From the sequence record SRR20825019_236: 46,637 nucleotides of DNA. One strand, given 5' to 3'. The position numbers and the translations under genes are program-made. Of the stretch, positions 17,982 to 28,329 are shown piece by piece; the stretch's first letter is position 1; every line of letters begins with the position of its first letter. The notes under the pieces are model-generated. The model was not told the DNA's origin. It ran no database searches and worked only from the letters and a program-made list of their open reading frames with translations.

Positions 17982-18950
17982 TTAAATATGCTGCTGAATC
18001 AGTCGATCAAGGTTATCAACAGCATGGCAGGACTGGCAGTAATTCGCGGCCACTTCCAGAGCTTGTCTGGCAGCACGATAGTCACGGTTGAGATAATGCA
18101 GTGAAGCGGTCATCAGCGGTTCGCCACGGTAATCAAGCAGCAGTTCTTCAATCACCAGCTGCAGAGATTCATTGACGTGAAAATAGCCCAGCTCCGATGT
18201 GTCGGATCGCAGGGCATCCTCCATCGCAAATACCCCTGCATCGAGATCCCCGGCCAGCGCCGTGCTTAAGGCCAGACCGATACGGGGCAAGGCATTATGC
18301 GGGGAACGCTGTACCTGGGCTTCAAACGCATATCTTGCCGTGTGTATTTGATAATCAGCCAGCGCGGACCAGGGATCCACCGCGCTGTCATAGGCGCGTT
18401 CGTTGCCAGCTTGTGGTGTGCGGTAGCCGGTGATAGCCGGTGTGCTGTTCAGACTATTGTCTTCACGATAATAACCGGGCGCATAAATGACCCGGGTGTC
18501 CTGGTGATCCCGGTATCGATAGCCGGAGTAGGGAATGGAATCCTGACGACGATGATAACGTTCGTGAGAGTTACTGTAGCCGAAGGAGATATGACCGCTG
18601 ATTCCGCCATAGTCCTGGCGGTTATGGTGACGTGGCTTGTTATGATGATTGTCCGGTTTGGGGCTGAGCTTGTTATCAGGTCGGCCACTGATACCGTAGG
18701 AGTGATGGTCACCGTGGCTGATGCCATGTGAATGATGACCGGAACCGCGCCACTGATGCCTGGAGCCGGATGAGTCTCCCGAATCTGAGGTGCCCAGCCG
18801 ACTGCTTTGTTTGCCACTGTCGCCGGTGCCGAGCTGAATGGCATCGTCCCTCGCCTGTAAGGGAGATACAGTCAAAGCGGTGCCAATCAGCGCCGATAAC
18901 AGGATTGTGCGGCTTGGAAGAATGTAATCAGTGAGGGACATAACGACCAC
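17982..18950 (-). CDS. Secreted protein with His/Gly/Ser-rich region and TPR-like C-terminus
   Basis: Signal peptide (LQA), HHSHGISHGDHHSYGIS repeats, helical C-domain with CQSC. Confidence 0.65.
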   Translation of the reverse strand: MVVMSLTDYILPSRTILLSALIGTALTVSPLQARDDAIQLGTGDSGKQSSRLGTSDSGDSSGSRHQWRGSGHHSHGISHGDHHSYGISGRPDNKLSPKPDNHHNKPRHHNRQDYGGISGHISFGYSNSHERYHRRQDSIPYSGYRYRDHQDTRVIYAPGYYREDNSLNSTPAITGYRTPQAGNERAYDSAVDPWSALADYQIHTARYAFEAQVQRSPHNALPRIGLALSTALAGDLDAGVFAMEDALRSDTSELGYFHVNESLQLVIEELLLDYRGEPLMTASLHYLNRDYRAARQALEVAANYCQSCHAVDNLDRLIQQHI

Positions 18951-19008
18951 CTCATGCAGGCAGGGTAACTGTTCAGACTGACAGCGGTGATCGTTAGTTC
19001 GAACCGGC

Positions 19009-19503
19009 TCAGGCTTTAATAAACTGGCCCTGTTCTACACCGCTCATCGCCTTTTTCAGGTCTGCCGCTTTCAGGCCCAGTGCATATCCGAGTACACCAC
19101 TACCAATCACCACGGTATCAAAGCTGTCGACACTGTTATCGAGCAAGACTTTGATATTTTCAGGCAACGCCACTGGTGGCACAGCACCTACCACGTAACC
19201 CGTTGCTTCCGGGACTTCATCAAATTCAGCCATCCGCAGTTTCTTTTCGTCCAGATGTTTACGCAGCGTAGCCCAGTCAGCACGACCGCCGCCGGCAACG
19301 GCCAGCAAAACGTAGGAATCAGAGCCGGTTTTGAACAGCAGACTGCGCACCACCGAGTGCGGATCATGGCCTTTATTCCGCAGCAGTTCTTCCAGGTTGC
19401 GAATCGGTTTTTTGTCCTCAGTCAAAGGAATTTCGATGACTTCGTAGTCGATGCCCTGATCTGACAAAAGGGCTGTTACCGGTGAGGAAATGCTGTCACT
19501 CAT
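19009..19503 (-). CDS. YbaK/EbsC family aminoacyl-tRNA deacylase
   Basis: TGYVVGAVPP and IGSG motifs; AGGAG RBS before ATG 19503. Confidence 0.85.
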   Translation of the reverse strand: MSDSISSPVTALLSDQGIDYEVIEIPLTEDKKPIRNLEELLRNKGHDPHSVVRSLLFKTGSDSYVLLAVAGGGRADWATLRKHLDEKKLRMAEFDEVPEATGYVVGAVPPVALPENIKVLLDNSVDSFDTVVIGSGVLGYALGLKAADLKKAMSGVEQGQFIKA

Positions 19504-19579
19504 AAGGTCTCCTGAAAGGCGGTTTCTTGAATCATTATGCTGGTTAGCATACTGGATAAGAGCGCTGGCTTCATCCCGG

Positions 19580-20095
19580 TTAGCGGGAACGTAATTGCCA
19601 GGTTGGTTCAAGTGTCTGGTTGATGATGCCGTAATCGACCAGCCAGTCACGGGCATCGTCGGCGTCGTGCTCAAACCAGGCTTTGGCGCTGCCTAAGCGG
19701 AAGGTATAACCCCAACGATCCATATCACGAAGCATGCGGGCGCGACCCAGTTTATCGACAAAGCCGGCCAGCAGTATTTGCAGAAAACAGACACCGTTTT
19801 CTTCGTCGTAATCGCCTTCCGCATCGGTATCAAGCGCCGCTCTGCGAGCCGGGTCCATGCAAATATAATGACCGGCTTCATGCAGGGCTGAATGCACCGG
19901 TGTGTCATCCCGGAGATAAAGCTGATTACCCATCAAACCGGCTTCGCGTTCACCGAAGAAACTGCCGGGGATATTGTCATCCCGGGCGACGGCTACGATC
20001 TGAATACCGTAACGGCCGAGCAGGCCATGCAGACGTTCACGCATCGCCGAATCACAGTTGATAACATCGGTGGGATCAGACACGCCTTGCATCAC
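19580..20095 (-). CDS. Conserved HExxH protein, distant EpmC-like
   Basis: IPGSFFGEREAG, HSALHEAGHYICMDPARR, MDRWGYTFRLGS; exact start uncertain. Confidence 0.65.
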   Translation of the reverse strand: MMQGVSDPTDVINCDSAMRERLHGLLGRYGIQIVAVARDDNIPGSFFGEREAGLMGNQLYLRDDTPVHSALHEAGHYICMDPARRAALDTDAEGDYDEENGVCFLQILLAGFVDKLGRARMLRDMDRWGYTFRLGSAKAWFEHDADDARDWLVDYGIINQTLEPTWQLRSR

Positions 20096-20813
20096 CGACG
20101 ATATGATTAATCACCATGCCAGCGAGGGTCAGGCCGAATATAGAGGGCATATAACTGACCGTTCCATTGACGGCGCGGGCGCGGCCACGACTGACCGGTT
20201 CCGGTGGCAGCGGCGGCAGGGGCGACTCGGTAGAGTAGACGGTCTGAATGCCACGACCGACACCGCGTTTGCGTAACTGGGAACGCAGGTGCTTGGCCAG
20301 TTTGCACATACTGGTCTCCATCAGATCTGCAGTGCGAACCTGGGTCGGATCCAGCTTGCCGCCGGCCCCCATGCTGGCGAAAACGGTCATGTCATTGCGC
20401 CAGGCGGTTTCCAGTAAAGCGCTTTTGCTGCTGAGGCTGTCGATGGCATCAATAACCACATCATAACCACGACCGAGGATCTCAGGGATGCTGTCAGGGG
20501 TCAGAAACTCCGTCAGCAGTTCCACTTCACAATCAGGATTGATGTCTTTGATTCGCTCGGCCATGACATCGGCTTTGAGCACGCCCACCGTCGATTTCAA
20601 AGCGACCAATTGCCGGTTCATATTGGAGCCGGAGACCACATCATGATCCACCAGGGTCATTTTGCCGACCCCCATGCGGGCCAGCGCTTCGGCGGTAAAT
20701 GATCCGACGCCACCCATGCCGGCCAGGAAAATATGTGACTGTTGCAGTCTGGCGATACCCTCATCTCCGATCAGGATATGGGTGCGCTCAAACAGCGGAT
20801 TGGAGTGTGCCAT
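20076..20813 (-). CDS. tcdA: tRNA threonylcarbamoyladenosine dehydratase
   Basis: ThiF-like GMGGVGS, SNMNRQ, DAIDS, SMGAGGKLDP, YSTE. Confidence 0.9.
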   Translation of the reverse strand: MAHSNPLFERTHILIGDEGIARLQQSHIFLAGMGGVGSFTAEALARMGVGKMTLVDHDVVSGSNMNRQLVALKSTVGVLKADVMAERIKDINPDCEVELLTEFLTPDSIPEILGRGYDVVIDAIDSLSSKSALLETAWRNDMTVFASMGAGGKLDPTQVRTADLMETSMCKLAKHLRSQLRKRGVGRGIQTVYSTESPLPPLPPEPVSRGRARAVNGTVSYMPSIFGLTLAGMVINHIVGDARRV

Positions 20814-20891
20814 TAATAAACCTCAAAGCGACTGAATCGCTGCATATTTTCCTGCTAATGGCGGACTTTGGCAAAAGCAGTGGAATAAGAC

Positions 20892-22940
20892 TTATCTGCG
20901 CGGCTGGAATTGTTTGATTTGCGTTTCCAGCTCAGACAGCAAGACATCACTGGCATGGCGGTAACGCAGCTGGGTATAAAGGCGGGTAATCGATTCAATC
21001 TGTTGCTGATATTGCGGCAGATGATTTTGCGCACGCAGGGAAAAATCGAGCGGGCCTTCGTGTTCCTGTTTATTGAGGCCGAAGCGGCTTAGTTTCTGGC
21101 AGAACAGGGTATAAAGCCGCACAGCGGGATCCGGATGAGTCCGACGGTAGTAGGACAACAGCAACATAACGATGCCGGTCAAAGCCAGCAGCAGCGTGAG
21201 GATCACAGCCATTTTACGCCAGTCCGGGTTTGTCATCCCCAGCTTTGACAGAAACTCTTTCTGGATTTGCGGACCGTAACCGACCACCCAGATATCCCAG
21301 GCGGTATTCAGCGCGTTCCAGTTATTTCTCAAATCGCGCCAGACCTCAACCAGTGCATCATTCTGTGAAATGAGACGTGGCGAAGTCCGTTCAGCCGGCA
21401 GCATATTGGACATGCCTTCTTCGACTCGTTGGCTGGAGACGGCTGACGTCGGATCGATACGTATCCAACCACGCTCAGGCAGCCAGACTTCAGTCCAGGC
21501 ATGGGCATCCCGCTGTCTGACAGTGAGTACATTATCAACCGGATTTTCTTCACCGCCCTGATAGCCGGTCACAATACGGGCGGGAATCTCTGCCGCACGC
21601 ATGAGGACAGTGAAGCTGGCCGCATAGTGTTCACAGAAACCTTCGCGACTCTCGAACAGAAACTGATCGACGGTATCGCCCTGCAGTATCGGCGGTGACA
21701 GCGTGTAGATAAAGTTTTCCTGGTTGAAGAAGGTCAGTACCCGGTCGATGTATTCCTCCGGTCCCTGACTTTGCTCAAGCCATTGATTGGCCAGTTTGCG
21801 GGTGCGGGGGTGTTTGTCCTGCGGCAGTTGCAGCGCAGCCCATAAATTGGAATCGCCGCCGGGATTGAGCTGGTAATCGGTATGAGATTCCAGCGAATAC
21901 TGGGCGCGGTTTTTGATGCGTTTCTGGCTGTGCAGCTCGGCATCGCTGGTCAGAAAAGCAGGCACCAGCGCGGGTTTTTCAGTGGGCATATCCAGCGCGA
22001 ACAGCCAGCGTTTATTATGCGGTTCAAGCGTCATGGTGTACTGATAGCCTTCACCACGGACTCCGATCTGCGGTGCCGCATCACTGCGTTCATTTTTGGG
22101 TAATGGTGACCAGACGGTGCCATTGGTTTGCCACAACACCGGGCCACGCCAGTATCTCTCCGCTGCGGGTGGCAGCACATCGTTTTCAAACGCCACCCGG
22201 AAGGCAATTTCATCAGACTGGATCAGCTGGCTGATTTTACCCATCTGAATTTCTTCGCTCATGCCTGTTGTGCCGGACTGAGAAGGGAGTTCGCCCAGTG
22301 TAATCTGCTCAGTCATGGTGGTCGTTGTGGTGGTGCTGGCATCCTGAGGCAGTCCCCAGATGGGGCCGGAAATACGGGGGAACAGCACAAACAGAATCAG
22401 CATGACCGGAATAGCCTGCAGTACCATTTTGCCCGACAGTTTAAGACGTTGTTTTATCGGCAAGCTGGACGATTCACTGTTAACGCCGATGAGGCAACTG
22501 GTCAGCAGTATGACGACCAGCAGCATCAGTCCCACCATCAGCATGCTCTGGCTGTAAAAGAAGTTGGTGATCACCAGAAAATAGCCGAGGTAACAGCTGA
22601 GGTAATAATCGCGCAGCGAGCGAATCTCAACGACCTTGAATGCCAGCATGATGGTAAGCAGAGCCGCCCCGGCATCACGACCGATGGTGAGACCGAACTG
22701 GCCGAAGATCAGCACGATCATCAAAGCTGCGGTACCGTTGTGCAGAAGTTTAAGCCAGCGGCTGGCGGCCGGCAAAGGCCAGCCACGGTAACTGTGCAGC
22801 AAGCGCCAGCTGATCATGAGGATAAAGGATAGGCCTACCCAGAAAGGCTGATAGACAAAATGCGGCAGCGCGCCGATAAACAAGGCGGCGATGAGATGGT
22901 TTATCGCGTGATGATTGGGAGAGGTATCTGCCTTAGCCAT
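20892..22940 (-). CDS. tgpA: DUF3488/transglutaminase-like protein (TgpA type)
   Basis: 6-TM N-terminus, YWRG, GFCEHYAS, HAWTE, DPT. Confidence 0.85.
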   Translation of the reverse strand: MAKADTSPNHHAINHLIAALFIGALPHFVYQPFWVGLSFILMISWRLLHSYRGWPLPAASRWLKLLHNGTAALMIVLIFGQFGLTIGRDAGAALLTIMLAFKVVEIRSLRDYYLSCYLGYFLVITNFFYSQSMLMVGLMLLVVILLTSCLIGVNSESSSLPIKQRLKLSGKMVLQAIPVMLILFVLFPRISGPIWGLPQDASTTTTTTMTEQITLGELPSQSGTTGMSEEIQMGKISQLIQSDEIAFRVAFENDVLPPAAERYWRGPVLWQTNGTVWSPLPKNERSDAAPQIGVRGEGYQYTMTLEPHNKRWLFALDMPTEKPALVPAFLTSDAELHSQKRIKNRAQYSLESHTDYQLNPGGDSNLWAALQLPQDKHPRTRKLANQWLEQSQGPEEYIDRVLTFFNQENFIYTLSPPILQGDTVDQFLFESREGFCEHYAASFTVLMRAAEIPARIVTGYQGGEENPVDNVLTVRQRDAHAWTEVWLPERGWIRIDPTSAVSSQRVEEGMSNMLPAERTSPRLISQNDALVEVWRDLRNNWNALNTAWDIWVVGYGPQIQKEFLSKLGMTNPDWRKMAVILTLLLALTGIVMLLLSYYRRTHPDPAVRLYTLFCQKLSRFGLNKQEHEGPLDFSLRAQNHLPQYQQQIESITRLYTQLRYRHASDVLLSELETQIKQFQPRR

Positions 22941-23895
22941 GGTACAAAGCCAGCGTTTTAAGACAAAGATGCTGATGCTGCGGCCCGTTATTCGCTTCAA
23001 TCTGCGTGCCCGGAAGCTGCAGACCATAATGGTGACCAGCGCGTTCTGCCTGCATGACCCAGTTTGTCAGTTGCGACAATTTGGCTTCGGTATCGACAAG
23101 ACTGTCCAGATCCTGCCAGCGAAGCTGTAACTCATGGCCTTCCGGGCTGGAAAACTGTTTGCTGCGCATCACTTCATCGCGGGCCACTGCTTTCCAGGCC
23201 ACACGATGTAATGGTTCCCCTTCACGATAACTGCGCAGACCGGCAAAATCATCATCGCCCAGTTGTTCTCCTTTCAGCCGTTGGTTGCCGCCTGCGGGCG
23301 GGGAAGGGAGAGGTAGCTTACCTTTTGCCTGTGGGTAAACCAGTAACCTGGCGGTCTGCGGGTACAGGGTCCAGCTGTAGAACAAGCCAAGCGGGTAGAG
23401 ACTGGCCAGTCGCAGCTGGTTAAGGGAAAGCCAGCCGCGGCGATGGGTCGGCACTTCCAGCGTGCAGGAACAGGTATTGTCAGCTTCGATATGGGTGACT
23501 TTCTGAATCGCTTCATAGGCTTTGAAAATTTTCCAGCGCGGCCCGGGCTGGTTCTTTTTATGGGCCACTTCCAACTGGTAGCGATCGCGGCTGTCTTCGT
23601 TATGGATAGTGAGTTTGAAACGCGCAAGCTGTTCACAGAAAACCGGCTCCAGCGCTGTAACTTTGAGCGTCAGCTGGCGCAGGTTGCGATGACTGTGATG
23701 CATCGCGACATGCCCCAGGCCGACCAGCAGGAAACTGAGCAGGTGACCGAGACTGTTGTTGTAGTTAATTGCGCCCAGCAGCATCACTAACAGCAGACCG
23801 GCAAAGGCATAACCCGCGCGGGTCGGCAGGATATAGATTCGCTGTTTTTGGCTGTCGCGAAGGCGTTGCCAGATTTCTGCGAGCGCGCTGGCCAT
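22933..23895 (-). CDS. DUF58 protein
   Basis: YPLGL, DFAGLRSYREGE...VAWKA. Confidence 0.9.
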   Translation of the reverse strand: MASALAEIWQRLRDSQKQRIYILPTRAGYAFAGLLLVMLLGAINYNNSLGHLLSFLLVGLGHVAMHHSHRNLRQLTLKVTALEPVFCEQLARFKLTIHNEDSRDRYQLEVAHKKNQPGPRWKIFKAYEAIQKVTHIEADNTCSCTLEVPTHRRGWLSLNQLRLASLYPLGLFYSWTLYPQTARLLVYPQAKGKLPLPSPPAGGNQRLKGEQLGDDDFAGLRSYREGEPLHRVAWKAVARDEVMRSKQFSSPEGHELQLRWQDLDSLVDTEAKLSQLTNWVMQAERAGHHYGLQLPGTQIEANNGPQHQHLCLKTLALYHG

Positions 23896-23898
23896 AAC

Positions 23899-24810
23899 TC
23901 AGGGAATCGCGACCTGATGAATCAGTTGATCAATCCAGTCTTCAGGACTGTCTTCTTCCCGGCGTTGCAAGCGGTGACTAACAACACTCGGTAACACGGC
24001 CTGAATATCTTCCGGCAGCACATGATCGCGTTTTTCCAGCATCGCCCAGGCTTGTCCGGCACGCAGCAGGCCCAGGCCGGCACGCGGCGACAGCCCGCTA
24101 TGATAATGACCGGAATCACGGGTGTGGGTCAGGATTCTTTGTACGTAATCAACCAGCGCACTGGAGACATGAATCTCGTTGACCTGACTCTGTAGTGACA
24201 GTAAATCTTCAACGCTGACTACCGCTTTCAGCTCGCGCAGCAGCTCACGCCGGTCCTGGCCCAGTAACAGTGCCCGTTCGGCCTTGGCATCGGGGTAGCC
24301 CAGTTCAATCCGCATCAGGAAACGATCCAGTTGTGACTCGGGCAGGGGAAAGGTGCCGATCTGATTGGCCGGATTCTGGGTGGCGATCACAAAGAACGGG
24401 GAGGCCAAAGTATGCGTTTTGCCTTCCACTGTGACCTGCTGTTCCTCCATCGCTTCCAGTAGAGCACTCTGGGTACGCGGTGAGGCCCGGTTGACCTCGT
24501 CGGCCAGAATCAGCTGCGTGAATATCGGTCCGGGATGAAAACTGAAGCGGCCGCTGTCACGCTCATAGACCGAGACGCCGATAATATCAGCGGGCAACAT
24601 ATCACTGGTGAACTGAATGCGCTGGAAAGTCAGGCCCAGAGTGCTGGCAATGGTATGGGCGAGGGTCGTTTTGCCGACGCCGGGTAAATCCTCTATTAGC
24701 AGATGGCCTCTTGCCAGCAGACAGGTGAGCGCCAGTTTAATGGGATGATGCTTGCCGAGAATGACATTGTTGATACTCGCCAGAATAGCGTCGAGTTGGG
24801 GGTGGGCCAT
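23899..24810 (-). CDS. moxR: MoxR family AAA+ ATPase
   Basis: HLLIEDLPGVGKT, RIQFTSD, ADEVNRA, LPESQLDRF. Confidence 0.95.
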   Translation of the reverse strand: MAHPQLDAILASINNVILGKHHPIKLALTCLLARGHLLIEDLPGVGKTTLAHTIASTLGLTFQRIQFTSDMLPADIIGVSVYERDSGRFSFHPGPIFTQLILADEVNRASPRTQSALLEAMEEQQVTVEGKTHTLASPFFVIATQNPANQIGTFPLPESQLDRFLMRIELGYPDAKAERALLLGQDRRELLRELKAVVSVEDLLSLQSQVNEIHVSSALVDYVQRILTHTRDSGHYHSGLSPRAGLGLLRAGQAWAMLEKRDHVLPEDIQAVLPSVVSHRLQRREEDSPEDWIDQLIHQVAIP

Positions 24811-24947
24811 AAAAATTCCTATGCCTGATTTCCTGGTGTTCCGATGATTCTAACTGCTGACTTCCTACTAGACAGGTTAGGTTTACCATGGTTCGGGCGC
24901 CTTTTTCCGATAAAAGGAAAAATTCATGCCGCCATTGTCAGCCTTGC

Positions 24948-25718
24948 TCAGGAGAGCTCCAGCAGTTTCAGACAGTTGCTGCTGGTAGCCTCGGCAATAT
25001 CCCGGGCGGACTCATCACGAATTTCAGCCAGTTTTTCCAGTACCTGCGGAATCATTTCCGGCGAGTTGCGTTCACCCTGATGGCCGGCCAGCGGCATGTC
25101 CGGGGCGTCGGTTTCCAGAACAATCGAAGACAATGGCAGTTCGGTAAACAGGCGTTGCAGTTTCTGGGCTCGAGGATAGGTGACCGCGCCGCCGACACCG
25201 AATAAAAACCCTTGCTGCATATAAAATTCGGCCTGCTGCATGCTGCCATTAAACGCATGAACAATGCCGCCCTTGAGTCCTTTTACCTGGCGCAATACTT
25301 TTAGCACTTCATCATGTGCTTTGCGGACATGGAGAATCACAGGCAGTTCGAACTTGATAGCGAGATGAATCTGCGCTTCAAATAAAGCCGTTTGTGCGTC
25401 TTTATCATGGCCGTTGAGGAAAAAATCCAGGCCTATTTCACCGATAGCGACCGGACGATGGGTCTCGACAGCCTGTGCCAGTACCTCAATGTCCGAGTCT
25501 TGATGGGCCTGCATAAACATCGGGTGTAGCCCCAGCGCCGGCCGCATCATCTCAGAGTGCGCGCAGGTTTCAATCAAGGCAGGCCAGCTTTCCCGTGTGA
25601 CACCCGGCACAATGATATGGGTCAGGCCCAATTGGCTGCAGTGATCCAGCACCTGCTGACGATCCTCATCAAAAGCGCTGAAATCGAGATGACAGTGACT
25701 GTCAATCAGAGGCATCAT
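24948..25718 (-). CDS. TatD family hydrolase
   Basis: IDSHCH, GEIGLD, LHVR, HAF, ETDAP. Confidence 0.92.
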   Translation of the reverse strand: MMPLIDSHCHLDFSAFDEDRQQVLDHCSQLGLTHIIVPGVTRESWPALIETCAHSEMMRPALGLHPMFMQAHQDSDIEVLAQAVETHRPVAIGEIGLDFFLNGHDKDAQTALFEAQIHLAIKFELPVILHVRKAHDEVLKVLRQVKGLKGGIVHAFNGSMQQAEFYMQQGFLFGVGGAVTYPRAQKLQRLFTELPLSSIVLETDAPDMPLAGHQGERNSPEMIPQVLEKLAEIRDESARDIAEATSSNCLKLLELS

Positions 25719-25748
25719 AAGCTTTATCCTGTTAAGCAAGGGAAACAG

Positions 25749-26189
25749 ATGCAAGCCGGAGTCCTGCCAGCCAGCCTTCCGCATGAAAGAATGATGCTGA
25801 ACCTGGCTTTATTTCATATTCTGCTGCCGATTGTAGCGCTGGCCTCAGGCTTATTGCTAGCTTTGCTGAGTCTGGCACTGGTCGGGTCGCTTGCCAGCAT
25901 CAGTTGGATTGGCTGGTATGCACGCTACCATGATTTTGCCGCTGATAAGCTCAAACAACACTGGCAACTGGCCTGGAAGCACTGTCGCTGGTTACTTTAT
26001 GCCTATGCCGCGTCAGCCTTTATCATGCTGCTGGGCTTTTTAATGTCCATGTTCCAGAATGATGACAATATGGCGTCGATCATACTGGTGATATTCAGCC
26101 GATTGGCTGTGGTGCCGACTTTGCTGATGGTCTTGCTTTTGTTCGTGCTGGAAACCAGCGCTTTGGCGGAGAGTCGAAAAGGTAACTGA
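25749..26189 (+). CDS. Membrane protein of unknown function (paralog A)
   Basis: 4 TM; PHE..LNL..FH.LLP, HWQLAW; ATG at 25749. Confidence 0.7.
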   Translation: MQAGVLPASLPHERMMLNLALFHILLPIVALASGLLLALLSLALVGSLASISWIGWYARYHDFAADKLKQHWQLAWKHCRWLLYAYAASAFIMLLGFLMSMFQNDDNMASIILVIFSRLAVVPTLLMVLLLFVLETSALAESRKGN

Positions 26190-26206
26190 ATAAGGAGATC
26201 TTGCAG

Positions 26207-26677
26207 ATGACTGAAGATGCCAAACAAGCCAGTGATGCACATGAAAGACTGTTATTTAACCTGTCTGTTGTGCATTTTCTGCTGCCGGCAATTCTGTTCA
26301 ACACGGAAATCCTGTGGTTGATTGTGGGTCTGCCAATGTTACTCTCGACGGGCATCATTCTCTCCATCATGCGACGTGCCGGAAAACAGGGACAGCCGGA
26401 TTTGATCTATGCACACTGGCTGCTGGCCTGGCGGCGAGGCCGATATCTGTTGCTGGCTTACCTGGTGTCGCTGGTCCTATTCGGGCTGGGATGGGTTTTC
26501 CTGCTGCTGCAGGCAGATGAAGTGATGCGCGGCATTCAGCTTGCCGTGGTGGGGTGGTTCAGTCTGTTGCCAATCTCTCTGACGATTGTGGTGCTGATTA
26601 TTCTGGAGACGGCTTCGCTGGCCCAGGCAAGACAGGGGGAAATGCCCCGGCAGATAACCTGGTGGTTTAAGGCTTAA
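26207..26677 (+). CDS. Membrane protein of unknown function (paralog B)
   Basis: TAAGGAG RBS; AHE.LFNL..VHFLLP, HWLLAW. Confidence 0.7.
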   Translation: MTEDAKQASDAHERLLFNLSVVHFLLPAILFNTEILWLIVGLPMLLSTGIILSIMRRAGKQGQPDLIYAHWLLAWRRGRYLLLAYLVSLVLFGLGWVFLLLQADEVMRGIQLAVVGWFSLLPISLTIVVLIILETASLAQARQGEMPRQITWWFKA

Positions 26678-28328
26678 TCAATCTGATCTCAGCCAGACCT
26701 TCACCTCGCGGATCGCTGGCTGCCTCCAGCTGACCATTTTGTTTATTGACAATCAGGGTTTGCATATCGCCATAGCGACGGTTCAGCTGTTTGATTTTAT
26801 GGCCGCGCTGCTGCAGCGCATGGATTTCCGCCTCACTGAAAGCGCCTTTTTCCAGTTGAATATAATCAGGCAGGTACTGGTGATGATAACGCGGTGCAGC
26901 GACGATCTCATCAGCAGAATCACCATCGACAAAATCAAGCAGGCTCAATAACACCATACTGATAATCCGGCTGCCACCGGGCGTACCGGTAATCATCAAA
27001 CGTTCATCGTTTTCGATAAATGTCGGCGACATACTGGACAAGGGCCGTTTGTAGGGTTCGATAGCATTGGCCTCGTTACCCACCAGTCCATAGACATTGG
27101 CCGTGCCTTCTTTGGCTGAAAAGTCATCCATCTCATCATTCAGCAGCACGCCAGTGCCCTCGGCGACAAAGCCGGAACCGAAGGGATAGTTGACACTCAA
27201 TGTGGCAGCCACCCGGTTGCCATGCTGATCAAGCACAGAAAAATGGGTGGTGTTTTCACCAGCGGCTTCAGTCAATGGCAGGGCCTGGCTGGGCGTGGCT
27301 ATTTTATCATCAATACTGCGGCTGAGCCTGAGGCCATAAGCGGGGCTGGTCAGATGGTCGGGGATGTCCGTGAAATCGGCATCACCCAGATAGCGGCTGC
27401 GATCATGGTAGGCACGACGCATGGCTTCTACGACCCAATGCCGGCGCTGTGTGTTGTCAGACTGATGTGCGTCAAAAGCGGCCAGCTGATTCAAAGCTAT
27501 CATCAGCACGATACCGCCGGAGGAGGGCAAGGCCGCCGACGTAATATCGTAGCCTTGGTACTGACCTCTAACCGGCTGGCGTTCAATGATTTGATATTTG
27601 TCCAGGTCAGCTCGGGTCCAGATGCCACCATGAGCCTGAACTGACTGAACCAGTTTGTCAGCAGTTTTACCCTGATAAAACCCGTTATGCCCTTGATCGG
27701 CAATGGCTTTGAGTGTGGCAGCCAGATCGGGCTGACGGATTATGTGACCAACAGCAGGCACTTCGCCCTGATCCAGAAAAATAGCGGCAGCCTGAGGAGA
27801 CTGACGCAAGGTATCCCGCCGAAAACCGGCAAGATGCTGGTAGCCTTCCGTCACAGTAAAGCCGTTTTCAGCATAACGAATCGCAGGTTGCAGGCTGGTG
27901 GCAAGCGGCAGTGAACCGTATTGCTCACTTAAATGTACCAGCCCGGCGGGAATGCCGGGAATACCCGCTGCCAGCGGACCATTGAGTGACAGTGTCGGCT
28001 GAAACTGTCCTTTCTCGTCCAGGTACATATCTTTATGAGCATTACCCGGCGCCATCTCACGACCATCAATCATAAGCTGATGATTATCGCTGGCCCGGTG
28101 CAGTAACCAGAATCCGCCACCGCCCAGACCGGAGCCGGCCGGTTCCACCACAGCCAGCGCTGCGGTGACGGCCACAGCGGCATCAAAGGCATTGCCACCT
28201 TGTTGCAGAATCTCAAAACCCGCTTGCGTGGCTAGCGGGTGGGCGCTGGCTATGGCGGCGGGCTTTGTTTGCGCCGCTGCGGAGAGCGTAAGCAGGCAGA
28301 GACAGAGGCTGGCAAACAGATGACGCAT
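26667..28328 (-). CDS. ggt: Gamma-glutamyltransferase
   Basis: GGNAFDAA, TTHFS nucleophile, LNDEMDDF, PLSSMSPT, GTPGGSRI. Confidence 0.95.
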   Translation of the reverse strand: MRHLFASLCLCLLTLSAAAQTKPAAIASAHPLATQAGFEILQQGGNAFDAAVAVTAALAVVEPAGSGLGGGGFWLLHRASDNHQLMIDGREMAPGNAHKDMYLDEKGQFQPTLSLNGPLAAGIPGIPAGLVHLSEQYGSLPLATSLQPAIRYAENGFTVTEGYQHLAGFRRDTLRQSPQAAAIFLDQGEVPAVGHIIRQPDLAATLKAIADQGHNGFYQGKTADKLVQSVQAHGGIWTRADLDKYQIIERQPVRGQYQGYDITSAALPSSGGIVLMIALNQLAAFDAHQSDNTQRRHWVVEAMRRAYHDRSRYLGDADFTDIPDHLTSPAYGLRLSRSIDDKIATPSQALPLTEAAGENTTHFSVLDQHGNRVAATLSVNYPFGSGFVAEGTGVLLNDEMDDFSAKEGTANVYGLVGNEANAIEPYKRPLSSMSPTFIENDERLMITGTPGGSRIISMVLLSLLDFVDGDSADEIVAAPRYHHQYLPDYIQLEKGAFSEAEIHALQQRGHKIKQLNRRYGDMQTLIVNKQNGQLEAASDPRGEGLAEIRLIKP

Positions 28329-28329
28329 A

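Noticed and set aside
20892-24810. MoxR-DUF58-transglutaminase trio as a novel system
   Set aside because: Widespread, already described gene cluster
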